64,000 nt of DNA. Origin: an uncultured bacterium (GTDB lineage: Bacteria; Patescibacteriota; Minisyncoccia; Phycocordibacterales; CAIZLB01). The notes beneath the pieces were generated by a model. The model was not told the DNA's origin and did not search any database. It saw only the letters and a program-made list of their open reading frames with translations. A program made the translations under genes and the position numbers. Where the stretch lies: positions 3,750 to 67,749 of the forward strand of contig CAIZLB010000006.1 of assembly GCA_903933735.1 (NCBI GenBank), written 5' to 3'. Shown piece after piece: positions 1 to 10,758 of this stretch. The first letter of the stretch is position 1. Each line of letters opens with the position of its first letter.

Positions 1-725
1 CTAAAAAAGTGTTATTTATAAACGAAACTAATTCTGATGTTAGGATAGTTAAAAATACTAGAATAGATGTAGGTGGTTCAACTTATTATTTAGATAAAGA
101 TATAAATATAAAAAAAGGTGATAAGACCTCAACTTCAACAGCTTCAACTACTCCAAAATACAGAGTTATAGGTTTTAAAGGTTCTGATAAATATGAAAAG
201 TTTTATGCTGTAGATTATACTAGCGACAGTACAGAAACGATTCCTATTGCCAATGACGGTAAAAATTCTCCATCAAGTGATCTATTGTCACTTATACCAG
301 AAAATTTTATACCTCTAAAGAAAAATTATATTTTTGATAAAAAAATAAATCAAACAGCTTTAGTTGTTGTTGATAAAAGAGATTTTGAAAGAGTTTTGGC
401 AAATAATAGTAAGCTAATACAAGAGTATATCAAGGTCTTTAAACCCATATCAGATTTGGTGGGATATGAAATCAATATTGATGATTATGAATTACAACTT
501 GATGGGGAAACTGGGTTACCTATATCTTTCAAGAATCTCAATCTGGAAATAATTCCAAAGATTAAAAAAGATAAAGTTGCTTCTATTTTCAAGGGTTTTT
601 CAAAAACTACGATGAAAGAGATAAAAGTTGGTGTACAAAAATATCTAAATATGGAAGTTAAATATTCTCCATTTTGGATGAGTAAAGTATCTGATGAAAA
701 CTATATAAGTGTGGAGGTTAAATAG
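1..725 (+). CDS. Hypothetical protein, 5'-truncated by window edge (possibly baseplate-J-like family common in CPR chromosomes)
   Basis: Open frame of 238+ aa running from the window edge; only weak resemblance to a family. Confidence 0.5.
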   Translation, partial: KKVLFINETNSDVRIVKNTRIDVGGSTYYLDKDINIKKGDKTSTSTASTTPKYRVIGFKGSDKYEKFYAVDYTSDSTETIPIANDGKNSPSSDLLSLIPENFIPLKKNYIFDKKINQTALVVVDKRDFERVLANNSKLIQEYIKVFKPISDLVGYEINIDDYELQLDGETGLPISFKNLNLEIIPKIKKDKVASIFKGFSKTTMKEIKVGVQKYLNMEVKYSPFWMSKVSDENYISVEVK

Positions 726-746
726 GTTTTATGTTAATATCATGTC

Positions 747-2006
747 ATGAGACATACAAATATATTTACTAAGACACGTAAAGAATCTCCAAAAGATGAA
801 CTAGCTAAAAACGCCCAGATTCTTATAAAAGCAGGTTTTGTTCATAAAGAGATGGCCGGAGTCTATGCCTATATGCCTTTTGGTTTAAAGGTTTTGGAAA
901 ATATTAAAAAGATCGCTCGAGATGAGATGAGTAAAGTTTCAGGCCAGGAGATGATTATGGCCTCTCTTCAGAAAAAAGAGATATGGGAATCTACCGATAG
1001 ATGGGATGATAAAAACGTAGATATCTGGTTTAAGAGTCAACTTAAGAATGGTACAGATATCGGTTTCGCTTGGTCACATGAGGAACCTATAACAGAGATG
1101 ATGAAAAACTTTATAGTTTCTTATAAAGATTTACCTATATATACATATCAATTCCAAACAAAGATGCGTAATGAGCTTCGTGCCAAAAGTGGTATTATGC
1201 GAGGTCGTGAGTTTTTGATGAAAGACTTGTATTCTTATTCATCATCTGATGAGGAACATGAGACTTTCTATCATAACATGATAACCGCTTATTTAAGTTT
1301 CTATAAACGATGTGGTTTAGGTGATGATACTTATGTTACCGTAGCTGCCGGTGGGGTATTTACTAAAAATATCTCTCATGAGTTTCAAACTATATGTGAT
1401 GCTGGTGAAGATATAATATATATAGATAGAGAAAATAATATAGTTTACAATGAAGAGGCTATAGATGCATCTTTGGTTGATAAGAATAAATTAGAAAAAC
1501 ATAAAACAGCTGAAGTTGGAAACATTTTCTCTTTTGGTGGTGAAAAATGTGAACGCATGGGACTTCTGTTTATGGATAAAGATGGCGAAAAGAAACCTGT
1601 GATACTTGGTTCATATGGTATCGGAATCACTCGTGTTATGGGTGTCATAGTTGAAAAATATGCTGATGAAAAAGGACTTGTGTGGCCTAAGAACATCTCT
1701 CCATTTGATATAGAGATAGTCTCTTTGTTTAAAGAAGAAGGTGATAATGTACATAAAGAATCTGAGAAAATTCATAATAATCTTAAAGATAAATATGAAG
1801 TTTTATATGATGATAGGTTAATGCCTATAGTAGCTAAGATGCAAGATGCTGATCTTTATGGTGTGCCACTGCAGATTATTATTGGTGAAAAAACTTTGGA
1901 TAAAGATATGGTCCAGATTAAGAATAGACAAAATGGGGAAGTTGTGGAGGTAGGGTTGATGGATGTGGAGAAAGGGTTGGAAGAGATGGGGAGAGGGTTG
2001 TTTTAG
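747..2006 (+). CDS. proS: Proline--tRNA ligase, short form without INS editing domain
   Basis: Class II aaRS motifs (QFQTKMRNELRAKSGIMRGREFLMKDLYS; GSYGIGITR) and C-terminal anticodon-binding domain, 419 aa. Confidence 0.95.
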   Translation: MRHTNIFTKTRKESPKDELAKNAQILIKAGFVHKEMAGVYAYMPFGLKVLENIKKIARDEMSKVSGQEMIMASLQKKEIWESTDRWDDKNVDIWFKSQLKNGTDIGFAWSHEEPITEMMKNFIVSYKDLPIYTYQFQTKMRNELRAKSGIMRGREFLMKDLYSYSSSDEEHETFYHNMITAYLSFYKRCGLGDDTYVTVAAGGVFTKNISHEFQTICDAGEDIIYIDRENNIVYNEEAIDASLVDKNKLEKHKTAEVGNIFSFGGEKCERMGLLFMDKDGEKKPVILGSYGIGITRVMGVIVEKYADEKGLVWPKNISPFDIEIVSLFKEEGDNVHKESEKIHNNLKDKYEVLYDDRLMPIVAKMQDADLYGVPLQIIIGEKTLDKDMVQIKNRQNGEVVEVGLMDVEKGLEEMGRGLF

Positions 2007-2025
2007 AAAAATGATACAAAAAGAA

Positions 2026-2063
2026 AACCCCAGGCACATACGCTTTCGCGCGTGGCTGGGGTT
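2026..2063. terminator. Hairpin between convergent proS and orphan gene, probable intrinsic terminator
   Basis: aacccc-ag...ct-ggggtt stem with an A-run on the left (U-run on minus strand). Confidence 0.55.
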
Positions 2064-2084
2064 GGAAGGTTCAAATTACATGGA

Positions 2085-2861
2085 TTACTTTACCATGATT
2101 ATTTTTTTCTCATTCGGGTTAATGTGACCGAATGCTAAGGTGTGTACTGAATTTATATGAGCTGTATTTGGGTTGAAACGATAGTCGATTATCTGAGGGT
2201 GTATCGTTTTATAAATAGGCCCAACCATACCACCAGGACCTCTTCTTCTGATTTCTGTATATGGAATTTGTATGTCACCTTCTCTTGTCATTAGCGGTGT
2301 AGGAAGGCCGATGAAGTATGACCCACACTGCTCTTTAGTGCCTAGTTCTAAAGTGGCCCTTAATCCGTTGAAAAGATCGCATGGGTATAAATCAAAATCC
2401 TCAGCGGCAAGTTCAAGGAATTGTTCATATGTGAATGTTTTACGTTGTTCTTCCGTTTTGAGAATATCGGTGATGCGAACTGTGACTACCTCGCCCTCGC
2501 CGTTTCCGCGAACTGATGGGAGGTAGGTTGATATTCGTGAATAAGAAAAAATGTCTTCAAACAATTCTATAAGTGTCCGATCAATTTCAAATCCTATTGC
2601 GATTAACTTATCGACCTCTCGTAAGAGGGCAACGTTCTTATCTTCGTCAGGAACGGTTTGATTCGTGCAGATTCGGGTAAATGAAATAAAAGGATTTTCA
2701 CCTCTATCCCATCTTCTGAGGGATTCATAGAAATGTCCTTGCCGATCTCCTGTTATCAGCTTGCTGATTACACTCCCGAGTAGTTTTGCAACTTTATCGG
2801 GTTGTAGTGTTGTGGCAGTTGCTGCTACGGTTACTTGTACTTGTGGTTTCTGAGCATTCAT
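2085..2861 (-). CDS. Hypothetical protein
   Basis: 258-aa ORF with its own minus-strand TTGACA promoter (~2955-2960) and downstream hairpin. Confidence 0.65.
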   Translation of the reverse strand: MNAQKPQVQVTVAATATTLQPDKVAKLLGSVISKLITGDRQGHFYESLRRWDRGENPFISFTRICTNQTVPDEDKNVALLREVDKLIAIGFEIDRTLIELFEDIFSYSRISTYLPSVRGNGEGEVVTVRITDILKTEEQRKTFTYEQFLELAAEDFDLYPCDLFNGLRATLELGTKEQCGSYFIGLPTPLMTREGDIQIPYTEIRRRGPGGMVGPIYKTIHPQIIDYRFNPNTAHINSVHTLAFGHINPNEKKIIMVK

Positions 2862-3002
2862 TTGGTCAGTTACTTTTGTTGTTATTGTGCTTTATCGGCC
2901 GGAGACCGTCGTGGCGTCAGGTCGATATATACAAGATAACAATTTTATATATTTTGTCAACATCTCCCAAAAATCAAAATAGTATGCTAATATACTTGAT
3001 AT

Positions 3003-3224
3003 ATGTCAAATCAAGATAAAGAAGATAAGATAATTCTAAACGGAATAGTGATAGAGTCATTACCTGATACTCATTTTCGTGTGCAGCTCGAAGACAATGC
3101 TGTTTTACTTGCCTATATGAGTGGAAAGATGAAATACAATCGTATACGTATATATGTTGGAGATAAAGTAGAGATAGAACTGGATAGTTACGGTGGAAAA
3201 CCAAAAATCATCAGAAGAAAATAA
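3003..3224 (+). CDS. infA: Translation initiation factor IF-1
   Basis: GIVIESLPDTHFRVQLE...LAYMSGKMKYNRIRIYVGDKVEIE signature. Confidence 0.95.
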   Translation: MSNQDKEDKIILNGIVIESLPDTHFRVQLEDNAVLLAYMSGKMKYNRIRIYVGDKVEIELDSYGGKPKIIRRK

Positions 3225-3248
3225 AAATTGTCTCATATATGATATAAT

Positions 3249-4541
3249 ATGATTATTATGCGTCATAGATTTTTATCTGTATTTCTAATAGTTATGTTTG
3301 TATTTGTAAATTTTCCTATATACAGTATCTACGCTGAAGATACAGCTGAACAACTACAGCAAAAGATAAACGAAAGGTCTGATCTCATAAAAAAACTAGA
3401 TCAAGAGATAAAATTATACAGTGATTTAGCTGATAAGACATCAAAGGAAGCTCAGACTCTGAATAATTATATAAAGACATTAGATAATCAGGTTAAGGCA
3501 ACTACTCTAGATATAAAAAAGAGTCAAAATTCTATAGATAAAACCAATCTCGAGATTAAGAAAATTTCAAATGAAATAGTTGGAAATGAGGAGAAAATTA
3601 TGAGACTTAGAAATGGTATAAGAGAAAGTATTGTAAATCAATATACATTGGACAATACCAGTATCGTTGAGAACTTTTTGGCTGATAAAAATATATTATC
3701 TTCAGTTAAAGAAATAGAATTTTTAGGAATAATTCAATCTAGAATAGATAGTAATATAAAAGAGATTACTCAAGTTAAAAAAGATCTAGAGGTAAATAAG
3801 ACTGATGAACAGATAAAAAAAGAAGAATTAGAAAAAGAAAAGAAAGGTCTTACAACCAAACAAACATCTTTAAACATAGTTAAAGAGGAGCAAAAAAAAG
3901 AATTAACAATCACCAAAAATCAAGAAAGTACTTATAATAAACTCTTAGCAGATAGAAAGAAACAAAAGATCGCTTTTGAGAAAGAAATGTTTGATTACGA
4001 AAATAAATTAAAGTATGTCTTAAACCCAAGCTCTTTCCCAAAATCAGGATCATCGCCACTTGTATGGCCTCTTGAATCTATACGCATAACACAACAATTT
4101 GGTGTTACAAATGCTTCAAGACGTCTATACGCATCTGGATCCCATAATGGCGTTGATTTCGGTGCCAAAGTAGGAACTCCTGTTATGGCTATGGGGGATG
4201 GTGTACTGGTAGCTCAGGGAGACACAGATCTTGTGTGTCGCGGTGTTTCTTTTGGTAAATGGATACTTATAAAATACAATAACGGTTTGGCTTCGACTTA
4301 TGGCCACCTTTCTCAGCTTAACTATAAAACAGGATCAACTGTTAAGAGTGGTGACATAGTGGCATATAGTGGTAATACTGGATACTCAACTGGACCACAT
4401 CTTCATGTTAGTCTTTATCCTGCTGATGCAGTTAACGCAATATCACGTCCAAGTGCATCTTGTCCTGGTGTTAACTTAACTATGCCTGTAGCCCCTGTCA
4501 ATGCATATCTTGACCCTTTAGCTTATATGCCTAAGTTATAA
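3249..4541 (+). CDS. Secreted coiled-coil M23 family peptidase (EnvC/NlpD-like murein hydrolase)
   Basis: Signal peptide, long coiled coil, HNGVD / YGHL / STGPHLH zinc motifs. Confidence 0.9.
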   Translation: MIIMRHRFLSVFLIVMFVFVNFPIYSIYAEDTAEQLQQKINERSDLIKKLDQEIKLYSDLADKTSKEAQTLNNYIKTLDNQVKATTLDIKKSQNSIDKTNLEIKKISNEIVGNEEKIMRLRNGIRESIVNQYTLDNTSIVENFLADKNILSSVKEIEFLGIIQSRIDSNIKEITQVKKDLEVNKTDEQIKKEELEKEKKGLTTKQTSLNIVKEEQKKELTITKNQESTYNKLLADRKKQKIAFEKEMFDYENKLKYVLNPSSFPKSGSSPLVWPLESIRITQQFGVTNASRRLYASGSHNGVDFGAKVGTPVMAMGDGVLVAQGDTDLVCRGVSFGKWILIKYNNGLASTYGHLSQLNYKTGSTVKSGDIVAYSGNTGYSTGPHLHVSLYPADAVNAISRPSASCPGVNLTMPVAPVNAYLDPLAYMPKL

Positions 4542-4616
4542 TAAAAAACAACAACATGACAACCCTTCCTGGGGATTAAGTCATGTTGTGTAAAGTGTCG
4601 GTGAGAATTTTTCATC

Positions 4617-4967
4617 TTAATTATAGTTCGGACTGCGCAGTTTACGCACATGATCAAGGCTATCTGCCTCGATATGTATATCGAATTCTGAGCCGTCTGT
4701 ATGGCCCAGTGTCACAATCACGTGTCTTGTTAATGTATCACTTTCTATACTCATTAGATTTGCATAACGAGTACTTCTTGTCTCATTACCTATGTAAATA
4801 TCACCTCGTTGGTCAAAAGACAAAGTCATAAAATCTAAAACATTAGGAATCCATCCCTGATGAATATCATGTTTCCTACCTAATGGTGATACTTTATGTC
4901 TGAATACGTATCGAATATCGAATCTCGCTACAAAATTCTCCTCTATTTGTTGTGGTTTGTCCGTCAT
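4617..4967 (-). CDS. Hypothetical protein
   Basis: 116-aa ORF, converges on a hairpin at ~4550-4590. Confidence 0.55.
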   Translation of the reverse strand: MTDKPQQIEENFVARFDIRYVFRHKVSPLGRKHDIHQGWIPNVLDFMTLSFDQRGDIYIGNETRSTRYANLMSIESDTLTRHVIVTLGHTDGSEFDIHIEADSLDHVRKLRSPNYN

Positions 4968-5063
4968 AGTCTTTCGGGGTTCGACTCAACAACAATATAA
5001 TATTTAACCTATAAAGTAAATATACTCCAAAAATATTGACATATATGATATGATTCTAACAAT

Positions 5064-6158
5064 ATGAGTAAAGATTATTATAAGACACTGGGGGTTGATA
5101 AAAACGCCTCACAAGATGAGATAAAGAAAGCTTTTCGTAAACTAGCCTTAGAACATCATCCTGATAAAACAGGTGGTGATGACAAACATTTTAAGGAGGT
5201 TAACGAGGCTTACAGTACTTTATCTGATCCTAAGAAAAGACAGCAATATGACACTTTCGGTTCTGCTGGACCACAAGGTGGTGGATACAACCCTGGTGCC
5301 GGTCAAGGTTTTGATGGTTTTGATTTTTCTGGTTTTGGCGGACAGGGAGGTGGTGAAGAGTTTGATCTGGGAGATATCTTTGGATCTTTCTTTGGTGGTG
5401 GTCAAAGGGGTAGAGGTAGATCTTCAGGCCAAAGGTCTGGACAGAAAAAAGGTCAAGACATCGCTGTCAACCTACAGATATCTTTTAAGGACTCACTCCT
5501 CGGTGTTGATAAAACTATAGAATACAATAGACATGTAGAGTGTCATACATGTCATGGAAAAAAGGGTACAGATTTTAAAAAATGTATTCATTGTGACGGT
5601 AAGGGTCATGTTACAAAAGTTCAGAGAACTATTTTGGGAAACATGGAACAGCAATATGTCTGTGATCATTGCGATGGATTAGGTCAAATTCCCAGTAAAA
5701 AATGTTCTACCTGTCATGGTGAAGGAATAATAAAACAAAAAGAATCATTAACAGTTCATATACCATCAGGTATAGAAAATGGTGAGCAACTTCGAGTTGC
5801 AGGAAGAGGTGAATCTGTGGCAGGAGGTGTAGCTGGTAATCTTTATATACAGATAAGTATTAAGACAGACCTTACTTTTAGAAAAGATAGAACTAGGGTT
5901 TTCATGACTTTGCATATACCTTTATCTGTTGCTATAGGCGGTGGAGATGTGAAGGTCAACTCTTATGATCAAGATTTTACATTGACAGTACCACAAGGTT
6001 CAGCTACTGGTGATATACTAAGAGCAAGAGAAAAAGGTGGATTTATGGATAATAAAAAAAGAGATGACATGCATATAACTTTAAAAGTTGATATGCCAAA
6101 AAAAGTTGGTGGTGAGGTGAAGGATATTATAGAAAAATTGAAGAAGTTAGGTTATTAG
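5064..6158 (+). CDS. dnaJ: Chaperone DnaJ
   Basis: J domain with HPD, G/F-rich region, four CxxCxGxG-type repeats. Confidence 0.95.
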   Translation: MSKDYYKTLGVDKNASQDEIKKAFRKLALEHHPDKTGGDDKHFKEVNEAYSTLSDPKKRQQYDTFGSAGPQGGGYNPGAGQGFDGFDFSGFGGQGGGEEFDLGDIFGSFFGGGQRGRGRSSGQRSGQKKGQDIAVNLQISFKDSLLGVDKTIEYNRHVECHTCHGKKGTDFKKCIHCDGKGHVTKVQRTILGNMEQQYVCDHCDGLGQIPSKKCSTCHGEGIIKQKESLTVHIPSGIENGEQLRVAGRGESVAGGVAGNLYIQISIKTDLTFRKDRTRVFMTLHIPLSVAIGGGDVKVNSYDQDFTLTVPQGSATGDILRAREKGGFMDNKKRDDMHITLKVDMPKKVGGEVKDIIEKLKKLGY

Positions 6159-6246
6159 TAATTTTATTTATGGAATGAGTTTCTTCGCAGACCTTTTGTC
6201 TTAGACAAAAGGTCGAGGACTGAAACGAGTGAAATAAATAAAATTA
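6159..6246. repeat. 88-bp nested inverted repeat (MITE/REP-like or structured RNA)
   Basis: taattttattta/taaataaaatta 12-bp terminal IR; inner gtttc/gaaac and perfect gaccttttgtc-tta-gacaaaaggtc. Confidence 0.7.
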
Positions 6247-6264
6247 TTTGATACAATATACTAT

Positions 6265-6744
6265 ATGCAATATTTAACATTATACATAGTATTACTTGTG
6301 TTAATTTTACTTTCTTTTTTACGTGGCAAAGATCATTTATTCAAAATAATAATTATGGTTTATCCAACCATAGTTATATACAAATCAGTTGTAGAATATT
6401 TCACTTCTAAGAAAATAGATGCACTTTTTGGATCAAATGTTTTTATAAATAATCTCGTAGTATTTTTATTGATACTTATACCGGTCTATATGGTTATGAT
6501 GAGAATGATAGAGACTTTTAGGGTACATCGAAACCTTCGTGGTGTATCGGAGTCGGTATTGTTGTCTTTGGGCATAGTATTACTTACTATAGGTATATGT
6601 TTTCATATATTGCCAGATAAGGATGTTTTTAACCTAGATAAACCTTTCGAGGTCTTTTTTCAAAGCAATCTAGGTTATTTAACTTGTATGATAATACCTA
6701 TGGTTTCAGTGTTTTTGATGAGTAAGAGAAAGTTTGATATATAA
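6265..6744 (+). CDS. Multi-pass membrane protein
   Basis: About 5 hydrophobic segments in 159 aa. Confidence 0.75.
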   Translation: MQYLTLYIVLLVLILLSFLRGKDHLFKIIIMVYPTIVIYKSVVEYFTSKKIDALFGSNVFINNLVVFLLILIPVYMVMMRMIETFRVHRNLRGVSESVLLSLGIVLLTIGICFHILPDKDVFNLDKPFEVFFQSNLGYLTCMIIPMVSVFLMSKRKFDI

Positions 6745-6784
6745 TCTTGCTTTTCCCTTAAAAATAAGCTATATTGTATGAATT

Positions 6785-7138
6785 ATGCCAACAATTAAAG
6801 AAATAAAGGAAAAAAACACAGGACCACAAGCTGTTATAAAAACAGGTGGTAAACAATACCGTGTTCAAGCTGGAGACACTCTTAAAGTTGAAAAACTAGG
6901 TGATGATTTTAAAGTAGGTGATTCTGTATCATTTGATATGGTTTTACTTAAAGATGATGGATCAACTATCACCCTAGGAACACCTACTATAAAAGGTTCT
7001 GTTGTTACAGCTACTATTACAGATATAGCTCGTCATGCAAAAGTGGTGGTAGGAAAGTTTAAACAAAAAAGTAAATATTTTGTTAAGAATGGTCACAAAC
7101 AACCTTACTTTGCAGTGAAGATAGAGGATATAAAATAG
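6785..7138 (+). CDS. rplU: 50S ribosomal protein L21
   Basis: AVIKTGGKQYRV...GHKQPY motifs. Confidence 0.95.
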   Translation: MPTIKEIKEKNTGPQAVIKTGGKQYRVQAGDTLKVEKLGDDFKVGDSVSFDMVLLKDDGSTITLGTPTIKGSVVTATITDIARHAKVVVGKFKQKSKYFVKNGHKQPYFAVKIEDIK

Positions 7139-7144
7139 ATATTA

Positions 7145-7173
7145 AAAAAATCACCCGAGAGGGTGTTTTTTTT
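7145..7173. terminator. Bidirectional intrinsic terminator
   Basis: A-run, caccc-gaga-gggtg, T-run between convergent genes. Confidence 0.7.
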
Positions 7174-7182
7174 GTTATAGGT

Positions 7183-7590
7183 TTAGTAGACTAATTTTCC
7201 ACCACTTTCTTTAATCCTTTTTCTCAGTTTTTCATCAAATGTTAGGATGTGATAGTTGTTCGATAAGTATAGTAATAAAACATCTACATAAGATAATCCG
7301 TCTTTATATTCTCTTATAAATAGGTTTAATATATCACGATTATTTTCATAGAAAAGTTTTATGGTTATGTTTAAACTATCTGTTGCAAATATATTAAATT
7401 CTCTTAACAGATCGGTGTTTTTTATTTTATTCTTTAATATAGTTAAAGATTCATAGAATATCAGATCTGGCATTATTTGTTCTTCCAGTAATATTTTTTC
7501 AAAAGACATGGCTTTTTTATGATTACTATCTTCGTGATTAAATAAAGAAATCCAAACACTGGAATCAACTATTATATTTTTAGATTCCAT
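7183..7590 (-). CDS. PIN-domain (VapC-like) toxin
   Basis: IIVDSSVWI...E...LSYVD...LTFDEKL PIN acidic residues. Confidence 0.85.
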   Translation of the reverse strand: MESKNIIVDSSVWISLFNHEDSNHKKAMSFEKILLEEQIMPDLIFYESLTILKNKIKNTDLLREFNIFATDSLNITIKLFYENNRDILNLFIREYKDGLSYVDVLLLYLSNNYHILTFDEKLRKRIKESGGKLVY

Positions 7591-7852
7591 ATACTATTTT
7601 ATCTATATTTTTACTTAAATTTTTACCACCCTTAAAGAATAATGGTTTGAAATCATCCATAGTAAACCTTCTTTTGTTTTTCTTGTCATCAGCGGGAGAT
7701 AAAACCACCTCATCATTGTCTTGGTTGGTTATAATTATCCTCTCACCTGTGAGTTTAACCTCGTTATTATATATCTTATAATTGCGAATATACTCACGTA
7801 TGGATATACGTTTTACATTGTCTTGTGTAAATGTGATAGTTTTTGTATTCAT
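7580..7852 (-). CDS. Antitoxin (Phd/YefM-like) of type II TA pair
   Basis: ISIREYIRN...VKLTGERIIIT...VVLSP pattern; overlaps the PIN gene start. Confidence 0.7.
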   Translation of the reverse strand: MNTKTITFTQDNVKRISIREYIRNYKIYNNEVKLTGERIIITNQDNDEVVLSPADDKKNKRRFTMDDFKPLFFKGGKNLSKNIDKIVYGI

Positions 7853-8013
7853 GTTTATATATTATAAAAAATTTAAAGATATGTCAAACATATTGTATGA
7901 CATTGACATTATCTCTCATATTATTATACTTACAAACAGCTGTTCTAAAGAGGTGATTTGAATGTCATCCACCTGAGGCATCCCGTCCAGGTTCATGGAT
8001 AGCAAAACGCACA

Positions 8014-8679
8014 ATGACAACAACGACAGATAGATGTAAATCATTCGGTATGATCTCTAGGCCAAAAGTTTGGCGACGGACCATCGTACGATATCACCCA
8101 AGTGGTAATGGTATCTTGTACGACATGACAAAACTATGTTTTGGGGTGAATGATGGTGGAACTGCTAATATTTCATTACGTAAGGATATCAAAGCAGTGT
8201 CCTTACCTAGAAATATGGCGGTGATTAATCTTGAATTTACCGCTTATTGTGATTGTATAATCTCAACAATTCCATATTCTATTTTGGCTAGTATTCGAGA
8301 AATTCTCGTGAAATCTTTAAACATGAATGGGTATCTTCCTCATGATTATTATTGTATTCAAGAATGTCAGAATGGCATTTTATATAGATTTTCCATCTTC
8401 ATCAAACTCGGCAATCAAAGCTTTCTGAAAAAAGTAACCTCTATAGTTGACTATATAAAACAATCACTAGGTTGTCTGCCCGAAGGGTTCCTTAGAAGTG
8501 ATAATAATGATTTTATCATTGAAACAGCAGAACTTCACCGCCATAGGCTAATGAATGATTTGTGGGTTTATATCAGCTTCTCTGATTGGTTTAAGATCCA
8601 AGAGGGGTATTATCCTCAAGGTCATGTCGTAAAATCCTATCGACTCATGCCTCAACCAGATCGATTTAACGAATTCTGA
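8014..8679 (+). CDS. Hypothetical protein
   Basis: 221-aa ORF with TTGACA-N16-TATACT promoter (7904-7930) and downstream hairpin. Confidence 0.6.
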   Translation: MTTTTDRCKSFGMISRPKVWRRTIVRYHPSGNGILYDMTKLCFGVNDGGTANISLRKDIKAVSLPRNMAVINLEFTAYCDCIISTIPYSILASIREILVKSLNMNGYLPHDYYCIQECQNGILYRFSIFIKLGNQSFLKKVTSIVDYIKQSLGCLPEGFLRSDNNDFIIETAELHRHRLMNDLWVYISFSDWFKIQEGYYPQGHVVKSYRLMPQPDRFNEF

Positions 8680-8736
8680 TTCTTCTTTTGTCTTTTTTCA
8701 TCGCTTCACTGATTCAACTCGGTGCAGCGATTTCTT

Positions 8737-9333
8737 TTATCTCCTAAACTTCAATGCTTCTCTAAGTGTCTCTTGATCCGCATATTCTATTTCTGACCCT
8801 GTAGATATTCCACGACCTAAAAGCGAGATCTTTATCTCTGGGAATTTGCGACCTAGATTATCTTTCAATATCTTGATCGTATAATCACCATCAGAAGTTG
8901 CATTCAATGCAAGTATAACTTCTTCAAGTCCCTGCATTGTCATATTTTCAATCCTTTTATATAACCTATCAAAATCAACATATTCATGAGCCTTCTCAGA
9001 AAATAGCGGAATATATTTTCCAAGAATAAAATACTGTCCATTATAGGCTAAAGTTTTTTCAAATATTTCTATATCATTGTCATAAGCTAATATCAGCAGA
9101 TTTTTATTTTCTCTAGTTTTCGAACAGATATTACATTTGTCTGTGTTTTTATAATTTATATATTTTCTATTACAAGCTACACAGGTGATAACTTTATTGT
9201 TTACGCTGTGTATTCCTTCTATTAATTCTTGTCTATAACTATTATTACTATGCATTAAAAAAGAGACAAATCTTTTTGCTTGTCTTGGACCTATGCCGGG
9301 AAATTTTTTAAATAATTCTATAAGTTCTTCCAT
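8737..9333 (-). CDS. recR: Recombination mediator RecR
   Basis: FPGIGPRQAKR HhH, C4 zinc finger, TOPRIM EVILALNATSDG, GSEIEYAD. Confidence 0.93.
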   Translation of the reverse strand: MEELIELFKKFPGIGPRQAKRFVSFLMHSNNSYRQELIEGIHSVNNKVITCVACNRKYINYKNTDKCNICSKTRENKNLLILAYDNDIEIFEKTLAYNGQYFILGKYIPLFSEKAHEYVDFDRLYKRIENMTMQGLEEVILALNATSDGDYTIKILKDNLGRKFPEIKISLLGRGISTGSEIEYADQETLREALKFRR

Positions 9334-9356
9334 ATTGATTATATAATCTATATTTT

Positions 9357-10757
9357 TTAACCTTGATCTTCATAATCAGAATAATCACTTTTATCAAGAG
9401 ATAGAAAACATGAATGATCACCATCAAATTTAAGTTTTACGGCACCTGTTGGACCATTTCTGTGCTTCTCTATGAGTATCTCTGCAATATTGTCTCTATC
9501 CACATGATCTTTATATTTGTCTTCTCTGTGAATGAAAACAACAACATCAGCATCCTGCTCAATAGATCCTGAATCACGAAGGTCGGATAATCTTGGTTTT
9601 CCTTGTCTTTTTTCAACATCACGAGAAAGCTGCGATAGAGCGAGTACTGGCACATCAAGCTCACGAGCAAGATGTTTTAATGATCTAGATATCTCAGTTA
9701 TCTGTGATACCATGTTGTCAGAATTTCGACTTTGGGTGGGGGACATAAGTTGTAGATAATCAACCACTATGAGACCAAGTTTTTTCTCGGATTTTATTTT
9801 ACGGGCAGTACTACGCATCTTGATGATATTTGTACCAGCTTGATCATCGATGAATATCGGCGCGTCAGAAAGTTCACCTATACCATGTTGTAATCTTTCA
9901 TATTCTTCTGAATTATTTAGGTTTAATTTTCCGGTTCTAAGTTTCCAAGAGTCAACACGAGAATGAGATGAAATCATTCTATATAAAAGCTGTTGAGAAC
10001 TCATCTCAAGTGAAAATATAAGTACAGGTATCTTATGATCAACAGCCGCGTGACGCGCGATATCCAAGGCTAAAGAAGTTTTACCACAAGATGGACGAGC
10101 GGCTAGTATGATAAGATCTGATTTTTGAAGACCTGAAAGTTTATTATCAAGATCAGGAAAACCTGTCGGTACACCACGAAGCTCATCACCACTGTTATGC
10201 ATCTTGTCGATACTGTCCCATGTCTCAACCAAACCTTCTTTCATGGTTGTTATATGATTTTTGGTTTTCTTTTGAGTTATAGAGAATATTTCTTTTTCTG
10301 CACTATCCAATATCTCCTCAAGATCACCTTGTTCACCATAACCGAGATTACCTATATTTTCAGAAGCATTTATAAGATGCCTCATCATAAACTTTTTTTC
10401 AAGTATACGAGCATAATATTCTATATTACTCGATGATGGCACCATCTGTACAAGTTCAGCCAGATATGAGGCCCCACCAATATTGTCTAGATATCCCATA
10501 TTATCGAGTGTGTTTTTAAGTGATAAATAGTCAACTGGATTACCTTTATTTAATAATTCTATGATACCGGTAAAGATCTTCTTATGTTTTTCACTGTAAA
10601 AACTATCTTCTGTTATTATATCAGCGATCTCAGCATAAGCATCTGGTCTGATCATGATAGATCCAAGCACAGCCTGTTCTGCTTCCAAACTATATGGTGG
10701 TAGCTTTAGATTATGTATAGCAGTTTGTTGTTTGGTGTAATTATTGTTGTTTTTCAT
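9357..10757 (-). CDS. dnaB: Replicative DNA helicase DnaB
   Basis: PPYSLEAEQAVLG, ARPSCGKT, VVDYLQL, LSDLRDSGSIEQDAD, KHRNGPTG. Confidence 0.97.
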   Translation of the reverse strand: MKNNNNYTKQQTAIHNLKLPPYSLEAEQAVLGSIMIRPDAYAEIADIITEDSFYSEKHKKIFTGIIELLNKGNPVDYLSLKNTLDNMGYLDNIGGASYLAELVQMVPSSSNIEYYARILEKKFMMRHLINASENIGNLGYGEQGDLEEILDSAEKEIFSITQKKTKNHITTMKEGLVETWDSIDKMHNSGDELRGVPTGFPDLDNKLSGLQKSDLIILAARPSCGKTSLALDIARHAAVDHKIPVLIFSLEMSSQQLLYRMISSHSRVDSWKLRTGKLNLNNSEEYERLQHGIGELSDAPIFIDDQAGTNIIKMRSTARKIKSEKKLGLIVVDYLQLMSPTQSRNSDNMVSQITEISRSLKHLARELDVPVLALSQLSRDVEKRQGKPRLSDLRDSGSIEQDADVVVFIHREDKYKDHVDRDNIAEILIEKHRNGPTGAVKLKFDGDHSCFLSLDKSDYSDYEDQG

Positions 10758-10758
10758 A

